Assembly (NCBI GenBank): GCA_963761125.1
Contig: CAVXFV010000007.1
Coordinates: 146,786-210,785 of the forward strand
Reading direction: 5' to 3'
Source: Candidatus Latescibacterota bacterium
Lineage (GTDB): Bacteria; Krumholzibacteriota; Krumholzibacteriia; WVZY01; JAKEHA01
Length of the DNA: 64,000 nt
The notes beneath the pieces were generated by a model that worked only from the letters and a program-made list of their open reading frames with translations, was not told the origin of the DNA and did not search any database. Position numbers and translations under genes: made by a program. Shown here piece after piece: positions 49,070 to 58,976 of this stretch (position 1 is its first letter; the number at the start of each line of letters is the position of its first letter).

Positions 49070-49771
49070 ATGAATCTCAAGAATGCGAGGATTCTGGTGA
49101 CGGGCGGAAGCCTCGGGATCGGAAAGGGCGCCGCGGCCCTGCTTGTCGAGTCGGGCGCGCGCGTGGCGATTACCGCGCGTCACGCCGATCGTCTGAAGAA
49201 AACCGCCGAGGCCATCGGGGCGTTTCCGATCGCCGCCGACGCCGGCGACCCCGCCGACGTGGAACGCACCTACAAAGAAGCGCTCGACCACCTGGGCGGG
49301 CTCGATGTGCTCATCAACAACGCCGGCATCGGGGCGTTCAAGGAACTCAAGGACGTTACCGTCGACGACTTCGAGACCATCTTTCGCGTCAATGTCTTCG
49401 GTGCCGCGATGATGGCGAAGGGCGCCGCGGCGATTTTCCGCAAGCAGGGCTCGCACGGACACATCGTGAACATCGCGTCGACGGCGGGGCTGAAGGGTTT
49501 CGCGGGTGGTACGGTGTACGCCGCGTCGAAGTTCGCGCTGCGCGGCATGAACGAGTGCTGGCAGGCGGAACTCCGCAAGCAGAACATCCGCGTTACTCTG
49601 GTCAATCCCAGCGAAGTCGCGACGGCGTTCGCGCGTGACGGCAAGGAACGCGAACCCGCGCCCAACAAGCTGAGCGTCACCGAGATCGCGCACACCATCA
49701 AGGCCGTGCTCGAGATGGACGACCGCGGAATGATCCCCGAGGTCTCGGTCTGGGCGACGAATCCGTGGTAG
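49070..49771 (+). CDS. short-chain dehydrogenase/reductase
   Basis: TGGSLGIG, NNAG, YAASK. Confidence 0.94.
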   Translation: MNLKNARILVTGGSLGIGKGAAALLVESGARVAITARHADRLKKTAEAIGAFPIAADAGDPADVERTYKEALDHLGGLDVLINNAGIGAFKELKDVTVDDFETIFRVNVFGAAMMAKGAAAIFRKQGSHGHIVNIASTAGLKGFAGGTVYAASKFALRGMNECWQAELRKQNIRVTLVNPSEVATAFARDGKEREPAPNKLSVTEIAHTIKAVLEMDDRGMIPEVSVWATNPW

Positions 49772-49774
49772 GCG

Positions 49775-49793
49775 CACGACCGTTGCGGTCGTG
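49775..49793. repeat. 19-bp palindrome copy 1 (CACGACCG-TTG-CGGTCGTG)
   Basis: Perfect 8-bp stem, 3 nt after the SDR stop. Confidence 0.8.
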
Positions 49794-50057
49794 AATCTCT
49801 CGCGCGCGCGACGCAGTCGTTGCCTCCGGGCACGCAGAGCGTGACGGGGTTTGCTCCTTTGTATTCTGAACCGCCGGTCCCAGAATGCGGTCCGCCTCGA
49901 GTCGGTTGTGAACCGCGCATAGCAGCCTGAGATTGTCGGGCGTGCCCGCTCCACCCCGGGCGACGGGAACGATGTGATCCCATGGTGCGCTTCTCGAAGC
50001 GTGATATCGCCGGTGCGTGATCCGGAGTCGCCGGCGTATCGCTTTGCGGATCGGTGG

Positions 50058-50076
50058 CACGACCGTTACGGTCGTG
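50058..50076. repeat. 19-bp palindrome copy 2 (CACGACCG-TTA-CGGTCGTG)
   Basis: 18/19 identical to copy 1; lies inside the HNH-gene linker. Confidence 0.8.
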
Positions 50077-50903
50077 GTCATCGGCCGGTGCTTGCGTCTG
50101 CGCGGCGGGTTCTGTCGTCCTCCCCACATCCCCGATCGTGATTCCCGGGATCAGCCCGGATTCCTGCCCCGGAGCTTCACCGGATGCCTCGCTGATCCGT
50201 GCCATCGGAACTCTGACGACGATACTGCGCGTTCGGTCGCGAGGCGCTGATCCGGCGGGCTCGTATTCGGCGACGATCGCCTCGACCTCGCGTTGCGATT
50301 TTCCCTGGATCCTGGAGAGCAGCACGTCTTTGTTATCGATGGTCAGAATCCGCGACACCTGCGCGATCGTGCTCACGTTCACCTTGTTGCGCTTCAGCCA
50401 CGCGAACACTTCGGGGAAGCGTGCGACGCATCGCGCGGTCCGAATGCGACGGCTCGCCGCCGAGTTCGAGTAACCAAGCCCCGCTACGCAGTAAGCGTAC
50501 ATCGATGCATGGCCCAGCCTGAGGTGCAGTCGTCGCCGTTCGATTTCGTTGAGGTGCAGCAGTACCAGCAGTGTGAGCGAGTGCTCGCGTCGGGTAAGCT
50601 TGTGGATTCGGGAGAGGATCTCGGTGTCGGAAAGGGATCGCAGAGACACAGCGCAACCTCCTCGCATGAAGAAAAACGCGCGCGGGAGGAGCACCAATAG
50701 GACGAATATAGCGAACGTTTATCAGTTGGTCAGCGACAAGTGTACGACCCGTCGAAACAATATCGATGCGATGATGTTCTACCTGCATGCATGCGTCAAT
50801 TTCTCGCGGTCGCGATGGTTGGCGCCGTCGCGCGCGTGATCCGGTAGTGTCCAGTATGATCGTCGGCCTTGCATTTGCGACCCGCTTCGTGTTCATTGCG
50901 AAT

Positions 50904-52874
50904 GTGCAGCGCATCCTGACTCTGGGAATACTGGGTGTGCTTCTCGTTGGGCCCCCACCCGCCATCAGCGCGAATGCTACCATTGATCCACCGCATGTGC
51001 TCGTTGTGCACGCGCGCGCGGACAAGGGAACTTATGTCCTCGGCGAACCCGTCCGACTGACGTATGTAATCGTGAATCCCTCCGTGGACTCCGTCTTCTT
51101 CCAGGCGGGGCGTGGCTATCCGATCTTCTTTTCCATCCAGCCGCCGCGCGGCGATGTCCTCTACCGGGCGGAGTCCGGATCGGAACCGAACGCCATCCTC
51201 GCGCCCGGCGACAGCCTGTTGCTCTTCACGCGCTGCGACCGGACCGAATCTCGCGTGGATGGAAATGGGCTGCGAGTCGGAATATTCAGGAACACGGACA
51301 CGTTTCCGCGAGCGGGAGACTATCGGATTCGAGTCGTGTGCCGACTTGCCACGGGCAGCGTTCATCAGTTCTGCTGTGCGGCCTGCCTGGATGAACAGAC
51401 GCTGTGCTCCAACGAGATTCGACTCCGCATGCGCCGGCCCACGGCATCGGAAGCGCGTGTGGTTCGCGTGCTCCAGTCGCTTCCGCACCGGCTCTCGCGT
51501 CGAAACTGGTTGGACGAAGAGGCCCAGGACGTACGGACGTTGATCCGTGCCGAACATGTCATCCCCCAGAATTCACTGTCGCCTTACCTCTCTCTGATCG
51601 CGGCACGGACGGTTCTGGATCGATATCTGTTTTGGCTCCCGGAGAAGCGAACAGAAGTCCTTGATGCGACTGGGCGGCTCTTGGCGCTTCGCAGTCGAGA
51701 ACCGGAGTTCATGCCCGACGATGTGGGGTATCACGTCTCTCTCGCTGAATTGTGGTTGGGCACCATCGTTGACGCCGGCTGGTATCGATCGGCACAGGAT
51801 GACATCGATGCACTGCTCGGCGACCAGCCCGGGTTGCAAGCGAACCCGGACGTTGCCCACCTGACCGCGCGGCTGCACGAGAACGACGACGATCTCGAGA
51901 TTCGACTGCGGACCGACAAGACGGACTATATCGTCGGGGAGCCGATGCTGTTTCGCGTGAGTGTCGCGAACCGGACGACGCAGGTGCTTTGGCTTCCATC
52001 ACCTTTGAGCTGGGTTCAGGGCGAGGCAGGCTTTTGCGGTCGCATCGAAGTTGAACGTCCCGACGGCACGCGCGAGTTGCGAACGTCCTACAATACTCAG
52101 GCAGACTTCGATGTTCGTGAGGTCCCGTTTGCGGCTGGGGACAGCGTGGTCGCCACATGGGAAGTCTCGACCACGATGCGCCTGCTGGATCCGCCGTTCA
52201 ACTCCAGGGTCCAGCGCGCGTTTCGGGACGCTGGGACCTACCGTGTTCGCGCGGGGTTCGAGGTGGCTCCACGATACTGGCGCGTGTGGAGTGCGGGGCG
52301 GCTCCATCTGTCGCCGCCGGTCGAGGTCCACCTGCGCGCGCCCGATGCGCGCGAAGCGCGAATCCTCGCCAACCTCAGTCGGTCGACCGGCGGAGCATAT
52401 TCGTATGCCAATCGTACCGATGTCGAAACTGCGCGCCGTTGCCTCGCGGCGGATCCCGATCATCCGCTCGCCTTCCATTTGCGCCGTCTGATTGCCGGTG
52501 CGTTGTTTGACGACGCAGAGTCCATTTCGATTCTCGAGGGTCTGGAGTCGTCGACGACCGGACTCCGGCGAGAGGATGTGGGCATGGAGCTTCTTCGGCG
52601 GTACCGCCGGTTCTCCGACCGCGCGCATGCGAAGACAGAATCGCTTCGACTGATCGATGAGCTGGAACACTCCAACCCGACGGTGTGGGCGGATGTGCTG
52701 TTCTACAGACCGGCGCTGGACGTGATGTACGGACCCGGGTGGATGAGTTCCCGCTGGACGCGGCGTCTCATGCTGCTCGGCGTCAAGCCGCCGAGTCGTG
52801 CCGAGCTGAACGCCCTGGCGAGCGGGCCGGTGTACGGTCCCGACCCGCCGCCAGGGTTTCGTTCGAAGCGCTAA
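50904..52874 (+). CDS. hypothetical secreted protein with two tandem Ig-like + helical modules
   Basis: Signal-like N-terminus; DK..Y..GEP and F..AG.YR.R each occur twice. Start uncertain (50856 or 50904). Confidence 0.65.
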   Translation: MQRILTLGILGVLLVGPPPAISANATIDPPHVLVVHARADKGTYVLGEPVRLTYVIVNPSVDSVFFQAGRGYPIFFSIQPPRGDVLYRAESGSEPNAILAPGDSLLLFTRCDRTESRVDGNGLRVGIFRNTDTFPRAGDYRIRVVCRLATGSVHQFCCAACLDEQTLCSNEIRLRMRRPTASEARVVRVLQSLPHRLSRRNWLDEEAQDVRTLIRAEHVIPQNSLSPYLSLIAARTVLDRYLFWLPEKRTEVLDATGRLLALRSREPEFMPDDVGYHVSLAELWLGTIVDAGWYRSAQDDIDALLGDQPGLQANPDVAHLTARLHENDDDLEIRLRTDKTDYIVGEPMLFRVSVANRTTQVLWLPSPLSWVQGEAGFCGRIEVERPDGTRELRTSYNTQADFDVREVPFAAGDSVVATWEVSTTMRLLDPPFNSRVQRAFRDAGTYRVRAGFEVAPRYWRVWSAGRLHLSPPVEVHLRAPDAREARILANLSRSTGGAYSYANRTDVETARRCLAADPDHPLAFHLRRLIAGALFDDAESISILEGLESSTTGLRREDVGMELLRRYRRFSDRAHAKTESLRLIDELEHSNPTVWADVLFYRPALDVMYGPGWMSSRWTRRLMLLGVKPPSRAELNALASGPVYGPDPPPGFRSKR

Positions 52875-55800
52875 CGCTTCTGCGGGGCCGGGCGTGGGGG
52901 ATTGACCGGCGGGTGCTCGGCGAGCGCCTTCATGACTTCCTGAATACCGCGTTCGAGCTGCGTGTCGACACCCTTCGCGAGCTGTGCCGGGTCTTCCGGC
53001 ACCTGGATGTCGGGGTCGACGCCGTGCCCTTCCGCGAACCACGTGCCGTCGGTGTTGTACATGCGGAACGTGGGAACGGTGACGGCTCCCCCGTCGATCA
53101 ACGACGGCGAGCCCGAAATCCCGATCAATCCGCCCCACGTGCGCATGCCGATCAGCGGACCGACGCCCGCCTTGCGGAAGTAGTCGGGGAAGGCGTCACC
53201 GCCCGACCCGCTCCAGCCGTTGATCAGCATCACCTTGGGACCGAAGTTCGCGACCGGCGGCCACTGCCACGCGTGGCCGTCGCGCACCGCATAGAACGAG
53301 AGCGGTTTGCGAGCCAGCAGTTCGACAAAACGATCCGGAATCTGACCGCCGCTGTTGAAGCGCTCGTCGACGATGAGCCCTTGCTTGGTGAACTGTGCCG
53401 CAAACTGACGCACGAGTTCGGTCTGGCCTTCGATGCCGGTGTTCGGCACGTAGATGTAGCCGATCTTACCGCCTGTCGCTTCATCGACGTGCTTGCGATT
53501 GGACTCGACCCACGCGAGATAACGCAGTCGCGCCTCGTCGCCCAGCGTCTTGACCAGCACGGAGCGCGCGCCGTCCATCGACGGCTTGCCGTTGACGGTG
53601 AGTTCGACGGTCTTGTCCGCGAGTCCCGCGAACGACGCCCACGGCGCCTTCGACGTATCCAGCGGAATTCCGTTCACCGCGAGGACGTAGTCGCCTGCCT
53701 TGACGTTGACGCCCGGCTGGTCCAGCGGGGAGCGCACCTCGGCGTCCCATGGCGCGCCGCGAACGATCGACTTGATGCGATAGGCGCCGCCGGCGAGTTC
53801 CCAGTCGACGCCCAGATACCCGATCTCGATGTGCTTGGCGTGCTCGGTGTCGCCGCCGCCGCGGTACGTATGCGATGAACTCAATTCGGCGATCAACTCA
53901 CCGATCACGAAGTTGACGTCCCAGCGCGTCATGCACTGGTCGATCAAGGCGCCGTAGCGCGTGCGCAGCGCCGTCCAGTCGACGCCGTGCATGTTGGCGT
54001 CGTAGAAGAAGTCGCGCTCGAAGCGCCACACGTCGTTGAAGATCTGCTTCCATTCGGCGCGCGGCTCGACGGTGATCTCGAGGTCGCCCACCGGCATCTT
54101 CTTGTCCATCTTCTGATCGGCCTTGAGATCGACGATCGCGAAGTCGTCCTTCTTGTTGACGAGCACGCGCTCGCCGTTGGCGCTGACGTCGAACATGTCG
54201 ACGTCGTCGAGGATCGTCTTTTCCTCGCGCTCCTCGAGGTCGTAATACATTAGCGGGCTCTTCTCGTCCGCCGACCCGGTGTTGGGCCGGCGCAGGAACA
54301 CGAGCTTGCCGGCGACCGCCTGGAGCCCGCCGATGTTGCCCGACTTCGGCGGCAGAACCTCGACGCGGTTTTCGAAGCCGTCGAGTGTGATCTTCGTCGG
54401 TTTTGGCGCTTCCTTCTTCTTGTCCTTGTCGTTGTCCTTTTTCTTGTCGTCCTTCTTCTTCGAGTCGTCCTTGCCGGTGTCGACCATGGTCGAGTCGTTC
54501 TTCGGCTTGAGCGGCGAGTCGACGCCTTCGTTCAAGGTCGCCACCGCGAGCACCGTCGTGTTGGCGTAGACGAACGAGTTGTCGAGGTCCGAGTAACTCG
54601 GGTTGAGCGAGCGATTGGTGGTGAAGAACAGGTATTTGCCGTCGGGGCTGAACGTCGGGAGACTGTCGTTGTAGTAGCCCGACGTCACCTGGTGCGCCTT
54701 GCCGTCGTCCGTGTCGAACAGAAAGATCGCACCTGCCTGGGTGTCCAGGTCGCGGCGGTACGCGAGCCAGCGGCTATCCGGCGACCAGCTCGGCGTGAAG
54801 CCCTCGAGGCCGTCTTCGAACAGGTAGAGACCCTTGTCGACGTCGATCGTCTTGTTCTTCTCCATGTCGTAGATGTGGATCGTCATCGCCTGATCGACGA
54901 ACGCGAGCTTCTTGCTGTCGGGCGACCAGAACAGGTGATAGCGGAATCCCGGGCCGTACGACGTGAGCGTCTTCTCGACACCCGGCGTTGCGAGCTGGCG
55001 AACGGTGAGTTGATATTCGCCGGTCGCGTCGCTCCAGTAGGCGACGGTCTTGCCGTCCGGCGACCACGCCGCGTAGCGCTCGGCCGCGCCCGACGTGCGC
55101 GTCATGTCGAGCACCGGGCCGTTCTCGGCCGGGACGTTGAACACGTCGCCGCGCGCGTCGAACATCGCGCGCTTGCCGTCCGGCGCGATGGACACGCTTT
55201 CGATCAGCCCCGCCGCCTTTTCCGTGTGCGGGAGCAGCGTCATCTCGTCGGTGACGACCTTGACCGGAACCGCCTTGTACGAATTATCGGCGAGACTCAT
55301 CCGGTACAGCGTCCCACCCGCCTCGAACACGATGTCCGACGGACCGATGCGACGGGAAGTGGACGTCGAAGTCGGAGAACGTCGTGATCTGTTTCGATTC
55401 CTTGCTGTCCAGGTCGTAGACCCAGATGTTCGCGCGTTCGTTGGGACCGCGGTCGGAGAGGAAGTAGATCTTGCGTCCCGCCCACATGGGGAACTCGTCG
55501 TTCGCGTCATTCTTGGTGATGTTCTCGGCGGTCTTTTTCGAGAGGTCGAACAGCCAGATGTCGGCCGCCCACCCGCCGCGGTAACGCTTCCAGGTGCGGA
55601 ACGCGCGCGACTGCGGCGTGTACGCCATCATCTTGCCGTCGGCGGAGAGCATCCCCATCTCGCCGTACGGGATCGGCAGCTGCTGCGGCAGGCCGCCTTC
55701 GGCCGACACGCGGAAGAACTGGCTGTAGCGCTGGCGTCCGCTGTACATCGACGACGCAAACAGGAGGCTCTTGCCGTCCGGATACCAGTCGAGCACGCGG

Positions 55801-56138
55801 TCGGTGTTGCCGTGGTAGGTGACTCGCGTCGGAATGCCGCCGGTCGCGGGGACCACATAGACGTCGAGATTGCCGTCGTAGTCGGCGGTGTAGGCGATAC
55901 GCGTGCCGTCCGGCGAAAAATGAGGGAACAGCTCTTGCCCCGTGGGCGAACTCAACTTGAGCGCCGTCCCGCCTTCCTTGGGGACCACCCACAGGTCGCC
56001 CGCATACGCGAAAACGATCTGGGTCTGGGAGACGTCGGGGTTCTGCAGCATGCGGGCGTCGATCTGGGCGCCGGCGATGGATGCGAATCCAGAGAGAGCG
56101 AGCAACGATGTAACGAGGATCGACAGAATTCTGTTCAT
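52871..56138 (-). CDS. tricorn-like S41 protease (beta-propellers, PDZ), frameshift near 55349
   Basis: Signal peptide; FSPDG repeats; GELIAELSSSH; GYIYVP; DERFNSGG; GSGGD; RTWGG; EGHGVDPD. Confidence 0.92.
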
Positions 56139-56336
56139 CAGGGGATCTCCGCGAAAATTTGATTGAGAGACAGGTTGCACGACGGAAGATTGTCGTCATG
56201 TACAACGAGCGTTGGCGCCTGATGGTTGCACGGAATCGTCACCAGCGGAAGGGGTGAAATGGCGCGGAGGTCGCGTCTCACGGCCTCCTCGCGCGGTGGC
56301 TGGACTTCCCGGGGCCTGGCGCGTATGCTCGGCGTC

Positions 56337-56620
56337 ATGATTCGACGCCTGCTCCTGCCGGCCGCGTTCGTCGGAACGATGGCAACGCCGGCGCTCGCGG
56401 CCGAGCCGTTCGCGAAAGTCTCCGGGACCTATGAAATCACCCAGCTTGCCTGGGACCGGGGCGTGCGCAACAGGACACGACGTCGTTCGGATTCGGCACG
56501 GGATGGGACTTCGGAAGCTGGCTCTTCGAAGTGGACTACGCCAACATCTCGTACTCGACAGGCTGGCTCTCGGGCGAGAGCCAGAACGCCTACGGCATCG
56601 CGGTCGGCGGTCGATTCTAG
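56337..56620 (+). pseudogene. short outer-membrane beta-strand protein split by a frameshift near 56457
   Basis: Signal peptide MIRRLLLPAAFVGTMATPALA; a second frame gives TSFGFGTGWDF, WLFEVDY and YGIAVGGRF-stop (beta-signal). Confidence 0.5.
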
Positions 56621-56632
56621 AAGGGATTTTAA

Positions 56633-56950
56633 ATGTCGAATGGAGGAGCGGGAGCGGCCATCGCGGTCGCCGTCAGCGCAAAGCGCCGGCGGATCGTAAA
56701 GGCGTTTCGCGCGGCGGGGGCGACCTCGCGCGATCGCGCGGTGCCCGAATCGTCGCTCGTGATTCGCGGACATATGATATTCCGCCGCATGAAGAAGAGC
56801 GGTGTCATCGTGACGCTCCCGGACGGACGCCTCTACCTCGACGAAGCCGCCCTCGAACGATCGCGCCGCCGGCGACTCGCCATCGTTGGAATCGTGCTCC
56901 TGGTCTTTGCGATCGGGGTCGCCGTGATGCTGCTCGTGCTGCCGCGGTAG
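56633..56950 (+). CDS. small hypothetical membrane protein
   Basis: 105-aa ORF with C-terminal TM preceded by RRRR. Confidence 0.6.
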   Translation: MSNGGAGAAIAVAVSAKRRRIVKAFRAAGATSRDRAVPESSLVIRGHMIFRRMKKSGVIVTLPDGRLYLDEAALERSRRRRLAIVGIVLLVFAIGVAVMLLVLPR

Positions 56951-57006
56951 TATGTTTTGACGCCGGACTCCCGGCGTTCTACTGTTTCGGGAACAGGGAG
57001 GTCGCC

Positions 57007-57390
57007 GTGCCAGAGTGGGTCATCTACATCCTCATCGGAGTCTTCGCCGGCGTCGCCGCCGGTATGTTCGGCGTCGGGGGCGGAATCGTCGTCGTCCCGG
57101 CGCTCATCTACCTCGCGGGGTTTTCGCAGCACCGCGCCACCGGAACGAGTCTTGCCGTGCTGTTGCCGCCGATCGGTCTGGCGGCCACCATCGAGTACTA
57201 TCGCCACGACAACGTGGACTTCCGCGCTGCGGCCATCATCGCCGGCACCATGCTGTTCGGCGGGTGGATCGGCGCGGTCTTCGCCAACCGGATCAGCGGT
57301 CCGTACCTGCGCCTGGCGTTCGCGGTGTTCCTGGTGGCAGTCGGCATCTACCTGTTCCTCGGCGCCTTCCGCCGGCTCGGCTGGACCTAG
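57007..57390 (+). CDS. TauE/SafE (TSUP) family transporter, half-size
   Basis: GMFGVGGG.VVVPAL, ATGTSL; RBS GGGAG before GTG. Confidence 0.88.
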   Translation: MPEWVIYILIGVFAGVAAGMFGVGGGIVVVPALIYLAGFSQHRATGTSLAVLLPPIGLAATIEYYRHDNVDFRAAAIIAGTMLFGGWIGAVFANRISGPYLRLAFAVFLVAVGIYLFLGAFRRLGWT

Positions 57391-57447
57391 GCCGGACCCA
57401 AGGAAAGCCGCATCCCGACGCGTCGTTCACCGGGTCGAACAAGGTTC

Positions 57448-57476
57448 TTGACACTCCGGGGCGCATCTATTACAAA
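57448..57476 (+). promoter_or_regulatory. sigma70-type promoter of rplU-rpmA
   Basis: TTGACA-N17-TACAAA. Confidence 0.55.
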
Positions 57477-57551
57477 TGGGGGGTTATTTTCGACCGAGCG
57501 GCAAGGTACGTCCGGGCCGCACGGATCGACGGAACCCGAAGTGGAGCAATC

Positions 57552-57863
57552 ATGTACGCCATCGTGAAGATCGCCGGAGTTCAGTTCAAGGCCACCCCGA
57601 ATTCGGTTTTGCGCGTCCCCAAACTGGACGCCGAGGTGGGCGGGGACGTGACCTTCGAGGAAGTGTTGCTGTGGTCGGACGGCGCCGAGACCCAGGTGGG
57701 CGCCCCGTTCGTCAGCGGTAAGTCGATTCGCGGCGAAGTCATTCGCCACGGGCGCGGCGACAAGGTCATCGTGTTCAAGAAGAAGCGCCGGAAAGGTTAC
57801 CGGCGTCGCAACGGTCACCGGCAGTGGTTCACCGAGATCCGCCTGGCGGGTTTCGGCAGCTGA
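57552..57863 (+). CDS. rplU: 50S ribosomal protein L21
   Basis: [34 protein letters not shown]. Confidence 0.97.
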   Translation: MYAIVKIAGVQFKATPNSVLRVPKLDAEVGGDVTFEEVLLWSDGAETQVGAPFVSGKSIRGEVIRHGRGDKVIVFKKKRRKGYRRRNGHRQWFTEIRLAGFGS

Positions 57864-57891
57864 CGCGGCGTGGTGGAGGAGTAGGACAGCA

Positions 57892-58149
57892 ATGGCTCAC
57901 AAAAAAGGTGTAGGCAGTTCCAAGAACGGGCGCGACAGCCACGGGCAGCGGCTCGGGGTCAAGCGCTTCTCCGGCGAGTTCATCACCGCTGGCTCGATCA
58001 TCGTTCGCCAGCGCGGAACCCGAATCCACCCCGGCCAGAACGTCGGCCGCGGAAAGGATGACACGCTCTTTGCCAAAGTCACGGGCACGGTCCGGTTCGA
58101 GAACTTCGGCAAGAACCGCAAGCGGGTCAGCGTCGTCGAAGCCAACTAA
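57892..58149 (+). CDS. rpmA: 50S ribosomal protein L27
   Basis: [24 protein letters not shown]. Confidence 0.98.
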   Translation: MAHKKGVGSSKNGRDSHGQRLGVKRFSGEFITAGSIIVRQRGTRIHPGQNVGRGKDDTLFAKVTGTVRFENFGKNRKRVSVVEAN

Positions 58150-58927
58150 GGCCTCGCGACCGTCCCGCCCGGGCCGTTCGGCCCCCGCATCTCCGTCTCC
58201 ATCGTTCGCGATCGTACTTCCGGCTCGTTTCGGGTCGACGCGCTTTCCCGGAAAGCCGCTCGCGCCGATTTCCGGAAAACCCCTCATCGAATGGGTCTAT
58301 CGCGCCGCGCAACAGGTGCGCGGGGCTGCGCGCGTGCTCGTCGCGACCGACGACGATCGCATCAAGGAAGCCGTGCGCTTCTTTGGGGGCGACGTCGTGG
58401 TGACGCGCGGCGATCACGAGACGGGGACGGATCGTGTCGCCGAAGTGGCGCGCAAGCTGCGCGTCGAAATCGTGGTCAATCTCCAGGGCGACGAGCCCGT
58501 GTTCGACCCCCGCATGATCGAGCGCATGGTGGCGCGCCTCGCGCGCGACCCCGAGATCGATATCGTGACCGCATGTCACCGCATTCACTCCGTCGAGCAA
58601 TTCCGCAGCCCGCACGTCGTCAAGCTGGTCGTCGGCCGCCGCGGCGACGCGCTGTATTTCTCTCGCGCGCCGGTTCCCGACGGCGGACTCGCCACCGGCA
58701 CCGCGTACCGTCATGTCGGCGTGTACGCATATCGCCGACGCGCGCTCCTGCGTTTCTCGACGCTTCCGCGCTCCGACCTCGAGATCGCCGAACGACTGGA
58801 GCAGTTGCGGGCGCTGGAAAACGGGATGCGCATCGCCGTCGTGGAGACCAAACAGGCCACGGTGGGCGTTGACATTCCCGCGGACATAAAAAACGTTGAA
58901 AGGGTCATGGGAGTCTCTCTAGACTGA
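58058..58927 (+). CDS. kdsB: 3-deoxy-manno-octulosonate cytidylyltransferase (start uncertain; conserved domain begins near 58205)
   Basis: [50 protein letters not shown]. Confidence 0.93.
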   Translation: MTRSLPKSRARSGSRTSARTASGSASSKPTKASRPSRPGRSAPASPSPSFAIVLPARFGSTRFPGKPLAPISGKPLIEWVYRAAQQVRGAARVLVATDDDRIKEAVRFFGGDVVVTRGDHETGTDRVAEVARKLRVEIVVNLQGDEPVFDPRMIERMVARLARDPEIDIVTACHRIHSVEQFRSPHVVKLVVGRRGDALYFSRAPVPDGGLATGTAYRHVGVYAYRRRALLRFSTLPRSDLEIAERLEQLRALENGMRIAVVETKQATVGVDIPADIKNVERVMGVSLD

Positions 58928-58976
58928 TCGTGAGGGGACGAATCGGAACACGAGCCGCGAAGGGGGCTACGGACGC

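Larger units (their letters stand above)
49698..50649 (-). pseudogene. DUF222-like/HNH endonuclease element with internal deletion and frameshift
   Basis: RBS GAGGAGG before GTG 50649; N-domain (LSDTEIL..LLHLNEIERRRL..SMYAYC..LGYS..RRI); HNH motif DHIVPVARGG..DNLRLLC..HN in another frame after about 49985. Confidence 0.75.

Noticed and set aside
49775-50076. CRISPR array from the two palindromes
   Set aside because: Only two copies, 283 bp apart, and no cas genes
49698-50649. IscB/Cas9-like RNA-guided nuclease
   Set aside because: No PLMP or RuvC motifs; N-terminus is of the DUF222-like HNH type
50708-50726. LexA box upstream of the HNH gene (CGAAC)
   Set aside because: Only a half-site; the GTTC partner at the right spacing is missing
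54400-54480. Lys/Asp-rich repeat-like tract in the tricorn gene
   Set aside because: Ordinary charged linker common in bacterial tricorn homologues
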